Virus record (IMG/VR): IMGVR_UViG_3300046782_000218
Coordinates: 1-64,000 of that record
From: a virus
Direction: 5' to 3' (one strand)
DNA: 64,000 bases
Part shown: piece by piece, positions 29,372 to 38,032 of the stretch
Position numbering within the stretch: the stretch's first letter is position 1
Layout of the letters: the number at the start of each line of letters is the position of its first letter
Notes under the pieces: generated by a model
What the model saw: only the letters and a program-made list of their open reading frames with translations
The model's database searches: none
Told to the model about the DNA's origin: nothing
Program-made: the position numbers and the translations under genes

Positions 29372-29451
29372 TGGACTCGACAGGATTCGAACCTGCAACC
29401 GCCGAGGTGGTGCCTCGGTCAACCAGCGTCTACCAATTCCGCCACGAGTCC
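29372..29451 (-). ncRNA. Leu-type tRNA-like element without a normal anticodon arm
   Basis: GGACTCG/CGAGTCC-A acceptor; TGGCGGAATTGGTAGACGC Leu-type D arm; CCGAGG-CACCA-CCTCGG hairpin; GCAGG-TTCGAAT-CCTGT T arm. Confidence 0.8.
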
Positions 29452-29638
29452 CGCTATTAAATTATGCCTTTGTGTAGTTGGTTTACCGGTCCACCGAGCA
29501 CCACCGTCCCCACGTAAAATGCTCGGTGGACCAGACCTCGGGCAGGGACCCCGTTACCCGAGGGGCGGGAGTCACTCGACGGGGGGGACGAGATCTTCCC
29601 TGCTAGTGGACGGTGGCGCGCACAACCGGGGGTCTGCG

Positions 29639-29738
29639 TGGTCGTATCAGGAATCGAACCTGCATTGCCCTACGCTGGTCCTTCAACGATTTCCCGGGTT
29701 AGTTGGGCTCGGGTGGCTTACCATTAGCCGAAACGACC
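29639..29738 (-). ncRNA. 100-nt tRNA-like element with enlarged anticodon and variable regions
   Basis: GGTCGT/ACGACC-A acceptor; GGCT-AATGGTA-AGCC D arm; CAGG-TTCGATT-CCTG T arm. Confidence 0.65.
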
Positions 29739-29873
29739 TCGGTATTTAATTAGCTCCGGTCCTGCCTCAAGGGAGAACGGACGGAAAACCCTTGAGGCAG
29801 GACCGGACCGGCTGCTCGCGGTTTGGTAGCCAGAGACTTGCCCTACCGCGAACTCAGGGGCACCGAACCCCAG

Positions 29874-29998
29874 TGGCGGCCAGAGGAATCGAACCTCCAC
29901 TTGAGACCCCAACGGGGAGAGAGTCTCGTGATCTCGATGCTGGCGTTTCAGGTGGGGTTCAGGGGGCCCCAACGCCTTGATCGAACCAGACAACCGCC
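29874..29998 (-). ncRNA. 125-nt tRNA-like element: acceptor and T arm around a non-tRNA core
   Basis: GGCGGTT/GGCCGCC-A acceptor; GGAGG-TTCGATT-CCTCT T arm; internal GGCGTT/AACGCC and GAGAC/GTCTC stems. Confidence 0.55.
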
Positions 29999-30072
29999 TT
30001 GCTTTTCGGAAAACCGGCCGGAACGCCATCATCGCCGTTCGAAACGTCCGGCCGGTCCCCCTTCGCACCCTT

Positions 30073-30387
30073 CTAGGGTACCATACCGTTTGCCTGGCTG
30101 TCAATCCCTCCGGGACGCCAGCCGCGCACCTCCTTGGCAGCAGCTCTCCAACCGTCCTGCCACTCGCCGTATCCATCCTGGTTGAACCGACTGAACAGCA
30201 TCTCGGCCGCTCCGTCCACCGCCTCGGCCTGCCCGCTGGCGAAAGCCCGGTTCAGTTCCTCCGCCACCGCCTCAGCGATACGCTTGGTCTTGAACTGCAG
30301 AACCGAGATCTTAACGGTCTTGCCGTTCTCGTCCACAATGTCTATGGGGTGGGTTGCCCCACGAGCATTGACCTGATACTGTCTCAC
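30073..30387 (-). CDS. Hypothetical protein heading the RNA array
   Basis: GGAGG RBS, GTG start; promoter TTGCTG-N18-TACAAT at 30422-30451. Confidence 0.55.
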   Translation of the reverse strand: MRQYQVNARGATHPIDIVDENGKTVKISVLQFKTKRIAEAVAEELNRAFASGQAEAVDGAAEMLFSRFNQDGYGEWQDGWRAAAKEVRGWRPGGIDSQANGMVP

Positions 30388-30461
30388 TCGCTCATCCTCC
30401 GGTCTGTCCGTTCTGTGCCCTATTGTACCATGCGGGTTGTCCCGGCAGCAAGTAGGGCGGA

Positions 30462-30962
30462 TCAAGACGCGAGAGCCCAGGCTTCGTTGTCGGGAACTGC
30501 CCACACCGGATACCGGCCTCGCCGATAAATCAGGGTGGGCACACCGGATTTGACCGATCGGTGAATGCAGTCCCAGGTACCGTTGGAATGCTCCTGCCAC
30601 ACAAACCCAAGCGTGGCGAGGGGATGCTCGTCAACCATCCGCTGGTTGCGGTAGTTACCTTGAGCAGGACAGAAGTCGGACACACCGTTCCAACGGCGGT
30701 GCCTCGGGGTGCAGGTCGGCAAGCACGGGTCCGACCACCGAGCCTCTACTCGCTTGACCCGAACGCCTTCGTAGTACCGGTTCACCGCCCAGCCGTCCGC
30801 CAAGTTGTCGGCTCCGCTACGGTTCTTCCCGTGCATCACCGTCATTAACGTGAACGGACCAGCCACTACCAGCGAGCAGTACGCTTCCCACAACGCGTTG
30901 TCCAACATGCCAGGGTCAGCCCACGTCCTGCTGCCGGTAACCAGTATTAGTGCTTCGCTCAC
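30462..30962 (-). CDS. SLOG (YspA/DUF2493-like) family protein
   Basis: ILVTGSRTWAD, VMHG..GAD..A..WA, GNYRNQRMV, SNGTWDCI. Confidence 0.85.
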   Translation of the reverse strand: MSEALILVTGSRTWADPGMLDNALWEAYCSLVVAGPFTLMTVMHGKNRSGADNLADGWAVNRYYEGVRVKRVEARWSDPCLPTCTPRHRRWNGVSDFCPAQGNYRNQRMVDEHPLATLGFVWQEHSNGTWDCIHRSVKSGVPTLIYRRGRYPVWAVPDNEAWALAS

Positions 30963-30982
30963 GGTTCAGACCCCCTCACGGG

Positions 30983-32929
30983 TCAGTGTCGGGTGTGATC
31001 GATCTCCCAACCGGTGTCGAGCAGGAACCGCTCTTCCCGGTCGTCCCCCAGCTTACGGCCGGTGAGGCACGCCTCGCGCATCGAGCACATGCGCTTGCAG
31101 CGCTCGGCGTCCGGGTGTCGGGTGTGCTTGTTCGCCTTGGAATGCAGGTACCTGGCCGTTTCCAAGGTCTCCTGCAACAGCGTGCGGACCTCCTGGTCTG
31201 TGCGGTTGGTGGGGACTCGGGCGAACCTACCATCGATCGGCTGCGGCTTAGGCTGGGCACCCGGCTTGAGGCCAGCGGCCTTGTCGGCGTGCCATTGAGC
31301 CACGACGTCCGGATGATCACCCTTGTTCCGGGTGGTCCGCACGCCGTTGTACAGGCAGGCAAAGATGTTCTTGTCGAGCAGATTCAAGGCACCTTTGTAT
31401 ACGCCGAACTGATCGTGGAAGTCGAGATCCTGGGTGTCCCCCGGCAAGTTGGCTGCACTGTTGTGGGTCATCACGCCGTTAACCGCAAACAGGCTATCAG
31501 CGGCTCGGACTTCCAAGTCGGTACACGCTCTCTCGCCTATCGGTTCAACACTTACTACCGACAGCCGTTCTTGCAGAGAAGCCTTAGACCGCTTCCACCG
31601 ACTTAGTTTTTCCTCATGATGGTACGGTGCGGGGAAGTCACTCGGAAACCGCATTTTGACTTCCCAGTTGGGGGCACCTACGCCGCCTTGATACTTTGGT
31701 CCCTTGTTACACCAAACGGTTGCCACCCCGCCCAGTGATTCAACCAGCTTTATTACATCATTGGCCAGCTGCTTGGAACCTGTCTGGTACAACGGGACAC
31801 CCTTACGGTGAGATCCGTCCGTATCCATCAGTCCACGAAGCAGCTCCAAGCGCTGATTAAATGACCCCAGCAGGTATCCGGACGGGATGAACTTATGGGG
31901 GCCATCCGACCCGTGCAGTCCCAGAGACTTTACCACGTCCCCTAGGGTTCCTGCCAGTCGGTACGTGTCCGCTTTGGTCGGGTGTTTGTACACGCCGGAC
32001 ACGTAGCTGCCCTCGGGCAAAGCAGCTTTAACCCGAGCCACGGTCCCCGGGTGATTCTTAGTGAATGTTACGGGCAGAGAAGTGAACCCGCCGTCCCCCA
32101 ACAGCGCTCCTAGCAAGTAGGGGTCTAGTTGGAAAGTGCGTTCCGGCCGGTCGGACCTCGGAGACTGCAACATCCGGTAGGTCACTCCGGAAGCAACGTT
32201 AGCAGCCATTTCGGCTGTAGTGATCTCTTCACGCACATACCGGCCGGTATGCACTGACCTGTCTACGGGCCACACGTGGTCTCCGGAACACACTACTTCA
32301 ATCCCGTTTCGCAGAGTGACCAGGTAACAGTCAAGCTGAATGCTGCGGCTAGCTGCGACAACCTCAGTCCAGGTCCCATCGGATGACAGCACCAGGTCTC
32401 CAGCCGTTACGTCGCCGATGCGTGTCTTACCGGAGAACGTCTGTATGGGCGTATCGTCACTCAGGCACTTGTGATCCCACACCCAGCGGCGACCGGTCAT
32501 CCGATGTTCGGCCACCAGGTCAACGCCGCCCTTGAGGGTGAATCCGGACAGCCGACCGCTGGCCGTCCTGAGCGGTACTTCGAACCGGTATTCGACCGCG
32601 AGGATCTTCCATTCCTCATCGACGCCGTAATGTTCGACGTACCCTTCGAACATCCACCTTACCAGATCGATGGTGTCAGGGTCCTTGCCGGTGGCGGCCA
32701 GATCGGCGAACACCTGGTCAACCGACGACATGGCCACGGCCTTGTTGCCCGGAACCCGTAGCAATGATCGGTACCAGGTCTCCAACACGAGGTGGAACAT
32801 GGACCCCTTGGCGAGAGGGCCGGTTCCGTCGTTCTCCTTGGTCCACCTTTGGGCGTATGTCCTCCAGTGATAGTGGGGGCACATCCTACCGCGTTGGATC
32901 TCGGAGTAGCTAACCGTTACTGTCGACAC
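30983..32929 (-). CDS. Cas4/RecB-like PD-(D/E)XK exonuclease containing an intein
   Basis: SYSEI..CP, GSMFHLVLE, AVE, GGVDLV, VWDHK|S, QFGVY, C..MC.MR.AC (1+3 Cys, Fe-S pattern). Confidence 0.88.
   Translation of the reverse strand: MSTVTVSYSEIQRGRMCPHYHWRTYAQRWTKENDGTGPLAKGSMFHLVLETWYRSLLRVPGNKAVAMSSVDQVFADLAATGKDPDTIDLVRWMFEGYVEHYGVDEEWKILAVEYRFEVPLRTASGRLSGFTLKGGVDLVAEHRMTGRRWVWDHKCLSDDTPIQTFSGKTRIGDVTAGDLVLSSDGTWTEVVAASRSIQLDCYLVTLRNGIEVVCSGDHVWPVDRSVHTGRYVREEITTAEMAANVASGVTYRMLQSPRSDRPERTFQLDPYLLGALLGDGGFTSLPVTFTKNHPGTVARVKAALPEGSYVSGVYKHPTKADTYRLAGTLGDVVKSLGLHGSDGPHKFIPSGYLLGSFNQRLELLRGLMDTDGSHRKGVPLYQTGSKQLANDVIKLVESLGGVATVWCNKGPKYQGGVGAPNWEVKMRFPSDFPAPYHHEEKLSRWKRSKASLQERLSVVSVEPIGERACTDLEVRAADSLFAVNGVMTHNSAANLPGDTQDLDFHDQFGVYKGALNLLDKNIFACLYNGVRTTRNKGDHPDVVAQWHADKAAGLKPGAQPKPQPIDGRFARVPTNRTDQEVRTLLQETLETARYLHSKANKHTRHPDAERCKRMCSMREACLTGRKLGDDREERFLLDTGWEIDHTRH
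31460..32467 (-). mobile_element. Intein (336 aa) with LAGLIDADG homing endonuclease
   Basis: Starts CLSDDTPI, block B CSGDHVW, YLLGALLGDG and LLRGLMDTDG, ends NGVMTHN followed by Ser. Confidence 0.92.
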
Positions 32930-32992
32930 TGTCGTCCTTCGTTAGATGTGGGCACGTTCCGCCGTTAAGATGCTTACCCAGAGTTCGCTTGT

Positions 32993-33472
32993 TCACGACA
33001 GCCGACCAGCAAGCTTGGCCTGCAGCTTCGGGCTGTCAACCAGCTCGGCAAGAGCATCGTCCCGAGACTTGGTGCCGGAGGTTACCTCCTGCTGCAAACG
33101 GCTCAGAAGCTTGGCGTCGTGACCGGGCCGGAACCGTCCTCCGCAAGTCTCCCCGCAGCCACACCCGCAGGTGCCCCCAGAGGCTCGTCCCGACGTCGTA
33201 CGGGGGCTCCGGGGCGCTCTCGTAGCCGCCCGGGTCCTCAGTGCCGTGGTGGCCGTCGTAGGCGCGGAGAGGGGCCCTTCCGCCTCACGGCGGTTCTCGT
33301 TCTCTGCGTGCACCTGCGTGGCCTGGTAGGCGTGGCTCGGCGTACCGCATTCCTTGCCCGGGTACCCGCAACGGCACGCGCTACGGAACTTTACCCCGTA
33401 CATCTCTGGGGGCCCCGGAACGTGTTTGATGTTGGGATCGATCTCCCTAGGCAGAATCGTGGGGACCGTCAT
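32993..33472 (-). CDS. PGHDA-motif protein (paralog 4) with an extra N-terminal Zn finger
   Basis: CRCG..H; CGCGCGETCGGRFRPGHDAKLLSRL; AGGAGG RBS. Confidence 0.75.
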   Translation of the reverse strand: MTVPTILPREIDPNIKHVPGPPEMYGVKFRSACRCGYPGKECGTPSHAYQATQVHAENENRREAEGPLSAPTTATTALRTRAATRAPRSPRTTSGRASGGTCGCGCGETCGGRFRPGHDAKLLSRLQQEVTSGTKSRDDALAELVDSPKLQAKLAGRLS

Positions 33473-33483
33473 GGGCCGACCTC

Positions 33484-34068
33484 CTATTCTCCAGTGGTAC
33501 TGTGCAGTCTATCATGGCCTTGCCCCGTGGGCAAGTTGTCCTGTTTGTGTCCCGTAACCGAGGCCCATATCCGGCCGTGCCAAATCCGGGATACAGTGGC
33601 GTGCGATACCCCAAACTGAGCAGCCACCTCGATACGCGTTGCCGTTCCTTTGAGCCTGTACACTGCCAACGCCTGTCCGGCTGACAGCCTGGCTTGGCTG
33701 CTGGTCTTCTCGAAGCTCCGATGTGCAGGACTAATGCACCGATAATCGCCGCAGGTCAGCGTCGTATACTGGTCGTTTATCGCGGGAAACCATTCATTCA
33801 TCATCCACCAGAACGCGGAATGACGAGGGCTGGTTTTGCTCGGGCCGCGTGACCGGCAGTCGAACACCGGATACAGCGCACCGTTTTTGCGCTTGTTGAA
33901 CCGACCGACCCACACCCAGCAGCCGTCAGGAGTTCTCTCAACTCGGGACAGCCAGCTGGCCCTAGGTCCTTCCAGTTTCTTGAACGTCAGTCGGTGCATA
34001 TACGCAGGCCGAGCGGTCGGCCGGGACACTATCGCCCAAGCCGACCGCTCCGTGGTGGGAAACGCCAT
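33484..34068 (-). CDS. Degenerate HNH (His-Me)-like protein with C-terminal HTH
   Basis: DGCWVWVG, TCGDYRCISPAH, VAAQFGVSHATVSRI. Confidence 0.7.
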   Translation of the reverse strand: MAFPTTERSAWAIVSRPTARPAYMHRLTFKKLEGPRASWLSRVERTPDGCWVWVGRFNKRKNGALYPVFDCRSRGPSKTSPRHSAFWWMMNEWFPAINDQYTTLTCGDYRCISPAHRSFEKTSSQARLSAGQALAVYRLKGTATRIEVAAQFGVSHATVSRIWHGRIWASVTGHKQDNLPTGQGHDRLHSTTGE

Positions 34069-34820
34069 CAGATCTTTCCCGCGCAAACCGGGCCCATACC
34101 GCGCTCGATCGATTCCTCATCAGTAAGCAGAGCGGCACACCTTACACACCGCCCGTACAGCTTGCCGAATTCCCGGGCCTGCTCCATCGTCATCCGGTCA
34201 GCCGGGGCGATCTTCCGCATGCCGCCCACGATCCGCTCGAAGAACCACTCGTCGCCGTCCTGCGTCAGCTTCTTGGCGTACAGTCGGCCGGACCCGTGCA
34301 CCGCGCGCTGCACCTTGTAGATGTCGCCGTTCGCGGTCTTGTACATGCCCTCCGTGACCTCAGCCACGGGCTCGTCAGCAACGACCTTCTTCTTGTACGG
34401 CCACGGCTGGCTCAGCATGTGCTCCCGAGCGGCGTCCACGTCGGCCATCTTCATCGCCCCAAGGAACGTCTCCAGCTCCTGGCCGAGATATTCCGTGATG
34501 TTCTTCGCGGCGGCCAGCTTGCGGATCATGTTCTTCTGGGGCTCGCTGGCCTCACGGTCGTTGCGGCGGGGGGTTTTCGAGGTGCCGAACCCGTTGCCGG
34601 AACCCTGCGGGCGGGGGGCGGTGGAGGCAACCGGCGTGCGGTGAGCCGCCGGACGGGCAGTCTGGGCGGTGAGTTGGCCGAGGACGATTTCCATGCCCTT
34701 GCGGAGGGTGCAGGGCTCGTTGGCGGTGCAGCACCCGGCGTCGTGCACCTGCAGACCCTCGCGGATCATCGTGGCCTGCTCGCTGGCTTCGGCCTTGGTG
34801 TTCGGGATGATGACCGGCAT
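34068..34820 (-). CDS. Protein with C-terminal DUF6011-like Zn ribbon
   Basis: YGRCVRCAALLTDEESIERGMGPVCA; AGGAGG RBS; promoter 34852-34881. Confidence 0.7.
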   Translation of the reverse strand: MPVIIPNTKAEASEQATMIREGLQVHDAGCCTANEPCTLRKGMEIVLGQLTAQTARPAAHRTPVASTAPRPQGSGNGFGTSKTPRRNDREASEPQKNMIRKLAAAKNITEYLGQELETFLGAMKMADVDAAREHMLSQPWPYKKKVVADEPVAEVTEGMYKTANGDIYKVQRAVHGSGRLYAKKLTQDGDEWFFERIVGGMRKIAPADRMTMEQAREFGKLYGRCVRCAALLTDEESIERGMGPVCAGKI

Positions 34821-35097
34821 TTTGTCCTCCTGGTGTCTCGCTGTTGATACTATTTTATCATGCCCAGGAGTGCACGCACAAGTCGGCCCCCGAGATCGTG
34901 TTGATGAATCTCGGGGGCCGACCGTCAGGTTAGTTCGCGTTGCCACCGAGGAGGCATGTCGTCTATCTCGGTGTGCAGCTCGTCCGCGTTGGCCCAGGTT
35001 CGGACGCCCCACGTTCCGGTTTCCTTGTCAGCGTCTGCCGTGACGCCAATCAGGCATTTCCGGAGCTTGCGGGCCACCACCTTGGCCTGTTCCTCGG

Positions 35098-35583
35098 TCA
35101 CCACAGCCTGCCGTAGTAGGCGTGGCGGCCACCGCCGAGATACTCGCTAATCGGAGCGTATACGACGCGGTAACCTCGATAGGAGCCGGAGTTGGCGTTG
35201 ATCATCCAGGACTTGCCCGACCAGTACCCGGCGTAGATACCGACGTGGGTAATGCGGCTTGACGAGTAGCCGATGGCCACCAGGTCACCGACCCTGCGGT
35301 AGCTCCACGAGATGTGATGCATCGAGTTGTACTGGGACTGCGCCGTTCGCGGCACCGCATGACCCGCGTGTCCGAAGGCGTAGTAGGTCAGGCCGGAGCA
35401 GTCGAAGCGGTACGGACCGGCCGCGCCGTACTGATACGGGTAGCCGTTCTTGCTCTTGGCGATGCTGTATGCTTTGGTCTCGATCTGGGTCGGGGTAAGG
35501 GCCGACGAGGGCGTGGCTTCGGCCATTCCCAGAGCCGTCATCATTGCGGTGGCGACGGCCACGGTAACAAGCTTACTGTTCAC
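35098..35583 (-). CDS. Secreted NlpC/P60 peptidoglycan endopeptidase
   Basis: Signal peptide; GYPYQYGAAGP..FDCSGL, PRTA..Q, GDLV, THVGIY. Confidence 0.9.
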   Translation of the reverse strand: MNSKLVTVAVATAMMTALGMAEATPSSALTPTQIETKAYSIAKSKNGYPYQYGAAGPYRFDCSGLTYYAFGHAGHAVPRTAQSQYNSMHHISWSYRRVGDLVAIGYSSSRITHVGIYAGYWSGKSWMINANSGSYRGYRVVYAPISEYLGGGRHAYYGRLW

Positions 35584-36315
35584 GATCAGATCTCCAATGT
35601 GGGACTACTGGGGGGCAACACTGAACCTGCGAGCAGCTCGGCCTTCCTCTCGACGTGCCTCGTTGCGGTCCATCCGACGCTCGATGATCTCGGTCTGATC
35701 GAACTTCTCCTGGGCCACGTTAGCTATCCTTGGGGTCTTCCGCGTGGAGTTCCCACGCGTGGTATCGGAACCAGCCGTCGGTCCAGGGCTGCGGGTCGAA
35801 CTTGGTCCTCGGCTCGTGGTGTACCGGATTTTGCAGCCCCCACACCGGCCGGATGACCTTGCCCGCAGCCGCTGCTTTCACCAGCTGCCGGGTGTTGGGA
35901 CCCTTGCCCTTGAACGCTGCTCGGTACTCCATCGTCGCCATACCCCTAGTAAAACATAGGCTTGCCCCAGGCGCAATCCCCCAGATACACCAGCAGCCGG
36001 GGACCCCTCGACGGAGCCCCCGGCTGCTGGGTTTATCAATGTGATACGGTGAACATGACGAGATCGAACCGGCCGATCAGCTTCCACACTTCGTTCAGCT
36101 CGCCGAACAGTCCCTGGATCTTGATCACCTGGAACGGCTGATTGGCACGGCCTCGGTAGAACCGTACTGTGCCCTCGCCGTACACGTAGTTGGTTTCGAT
36201 CTCGATGGGGCTGTCAGGCGCGATGAGCAAGTTGCGCCATCGGCCGTACTTGACCTGTTCGAAATCCACTCCGTTGAGCACGTTGACCAGATCGGTCATA
36301 TGCTGCTGCACAAGC

Positions 36316-36609
36316 TTACACCGCGACGCGTTGGTGTCGGTGTCCGCTGTTGCTGTCGCCACTCGGTTTCCCATCCTGCTCGAAGACATTGACACGGAGG
36401 AAACGACCGAACGCGGTCTTGCCGGAAACGTACGCTTCGAGAGCTTCCTCCGGGTCGAGTCGGTACTCATGGACGATCCGGCCGAGTAGTTCCCGACCGG
36501 GAAGACGGCCCCCGGACTTGATCCGAGACACCGTGGTGAAATGACATCCCACTCGGGCAGCGAACTGCCCCAGCGTGACCACTTCCCTACTCATTTCCAT
36601 GACTGCCAT
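36316..36609 (-). CDS. XRE-family HTH regulator
   Basis: TLGQFAARVGCHFTTVSRIKSGGRLP. Confidence 0.75.
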   Translation of the reverse strand: MAVMEMSREVVTLGQFAARVGCHFTTVSRIKSGGRLPGRELLGRIVHEYRLDPEEALEAYVSGKTAFGRFLRVNVFEQDGKPSGDSNSGHRHQRVAV

Positions 36610-36645
36610 GGTACCATACCCCTTGTCTACGTAGCAATGGTGTAT

Positions 36646-37164
36646 CTATTCGATCGACTCCAGCAGTTCGTACAGGCTGGATGGTGCGACATACCCAGGC
36701 CAACGGTTGTTGGTGAACAACCGGTAACCGGCGTCGAGGTAGCACTGATCCACGATTTGGCTGCAGATCATGTGCTTGGAACTGGCGATGTATCGTTTGA
36801 GGCCCGGTGCCGGTAGGTGCAGCCGATGAGCGACCATGGCCCCGTAATCGAGGAAGCTGTACGGTACGCCAATGTACCCTTTGGCAGCGCTTACGATAGC
36901 TGCGCGCTGCTTGTCCTCGTCGGTCCAGTCCCGAAGCTTGCCCGAAGACCACAGAATCTCGCGATCACTGTACTCGGACAACAAGTTGAACTGTGCACCC
37001 CCCGGCATGGCCTCGACCACATGACCATCACCGACGTACACAAAAGCGTGTTCCAGATCACGGAACGTACCGTCATACGCCCACTGGCCCAGCCGGATGG
37101 CCAACCCGACACCGCCCGTTATGCGGGTCAGACCGAAGTCTCCCAGTTTGAGTGCGGTTTTCAC
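36646..37164 (-). CDS. Permuted papain-like amidase (YiiX/YaeF-type NlpC/P60)
   Basis: GDF, EHAFVYVG..VVEA, AKGYIGVPYS, MICSQIV (His before Cys). Confidence 0.8.
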   Translation of the reverse strand: MKTALKLGDFGLTRITGGVGLAIRLGQWAYDGTFRDLEHAFVYVGDGHVVEAMPGGAQFNLLSEYSDREILWSSGKLRDWTDEDKQRAAIVSAAKGYIGVPYSFLDYGAMVAHRLHLPAPGLKRYIASSKHMICSQIVDQCYLDAGYRLFTNNRWPGYVAPSSLYELLESIE

Positions 37165-38027
37165 GGTGCGGCCAGGAACGCGTGCCGGTGGGCCAGGCTG
37201 GTCAGGCTCTTGATGCCGGGATAGCCGTTGGCGTCCTTGCCGGAGTATCCGAGCTTGTGCTGCCATCCAGCGTACGCCGAAACAGTCATGCTGCCGAACG
37301 ATCCGTCAACCCATTTGGATGCCAGCAAACCCTCGGCGTTTAGCGCGTGCTCCACGATCTTGACCTCAGAAGCAAAGGTCGTGTGACCTTGTGGAGCCCT
37401 GGGGTCTCTGGCCGCCGCTGCCAGCAGATGCGACAGGTGGACCGTAGGGAGGACTACCGGCGACGCTGGGCGCGGGTACTGCCCGAAGTCGGTGGTGTGG
37501 GCGTAGTCGATGTCGGCTTTTCCGCCCAGCGCCGTTCCCTCTTGGGTGATGTTGGCATGAACCGACCACACGCCGTTGGACCACGCCTGAGTTTGCCACA
37601 GGTAGTGGATTCCTGAGGCGTGCGCACCCTCCATGATGCGAACTCCGCCGTATGCACCGACACGACCGATACCGATCTGTCGGATTACGCCCTGGAAATA
37701 CGGCAGCACGCTGGCCCAGGACGTGTCTTCGTCCACCGCGAAGTACAGGACGTGGTTCGGGGGAAGCCCAACCGCTGCCCGCTGAGCATCGGCACTCTGG
37801 GCGTCGGTGACGCCTCCGCTATATCCGACCGTGGCTCTTCCCGCGCTGGTTTCCCAGATTGTGACGAGGCCCAAATCAGCAGCGTGGTAGGCCGTCACCT
37901 CGTCCTTGTGCAGGTCCTTGGAGTCGTCCCGAGAGAAGTACCGGGCCACCCAATGCGCCCCGGTTGCCTTGATGTCCGCGACACTGGGACGGTCCCAGGC
38001 CAGATCCAGGCCCTTGACAGATGTCAT
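37161..38027 (-). CDS. Endolysin: DUF1906 (GH25-like) domain plus peptidoglycan-binding domain
   Basis: VARYFS, LVTIWE, LYFAVDED, GAYGG, WQTQAWS; VDGSFG..T..AY..WQ..LG. Confidence 0.88.
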   Translation of the reverse strand: MTSVKGLDLAWDRPSVADIKATGAHWVARYFSRDDSKDLHKDEVTAYHAADLGLVTIWETSAGRATVGYSGGVTDAQSADAQRAAVGLPPNHVLYFAVDEDTSWASVLPYFQGVIRQIGIGRVGAYGGVRIMEGAHASGIHYLWQTQAWSNGVWSVHANITQEGTALGGKADIDYAHTTDFGQYPRPASPVVLPTVHLSHLLAAAARDPRAPQGHTTFASEVKIVEHALNAEGLLASKWVDGSFGSMTVSAYAGWQHKLGYSGKDANGYPGIKSLTSLAHRHAFLAAP

Positions 38028-38032
38028 CAGCG

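Noticed and set aside
28157-29998. Calling the elements ordinary tRNA genes (e.g. Cys-GCA, Leu)
   Set aside because: None has a canonical cloverleaf with a correctly placed 5-bp stem and 7-nt anticodon loop, so they are listed as tRNA-like ncRNA.
30983-32929. Cas4 as evidence of a CRISPR-Cas system
   Set aside because: Solo Cas4-like nucleases are common in phage recombination modules; no cas1/cas2 or array is present.
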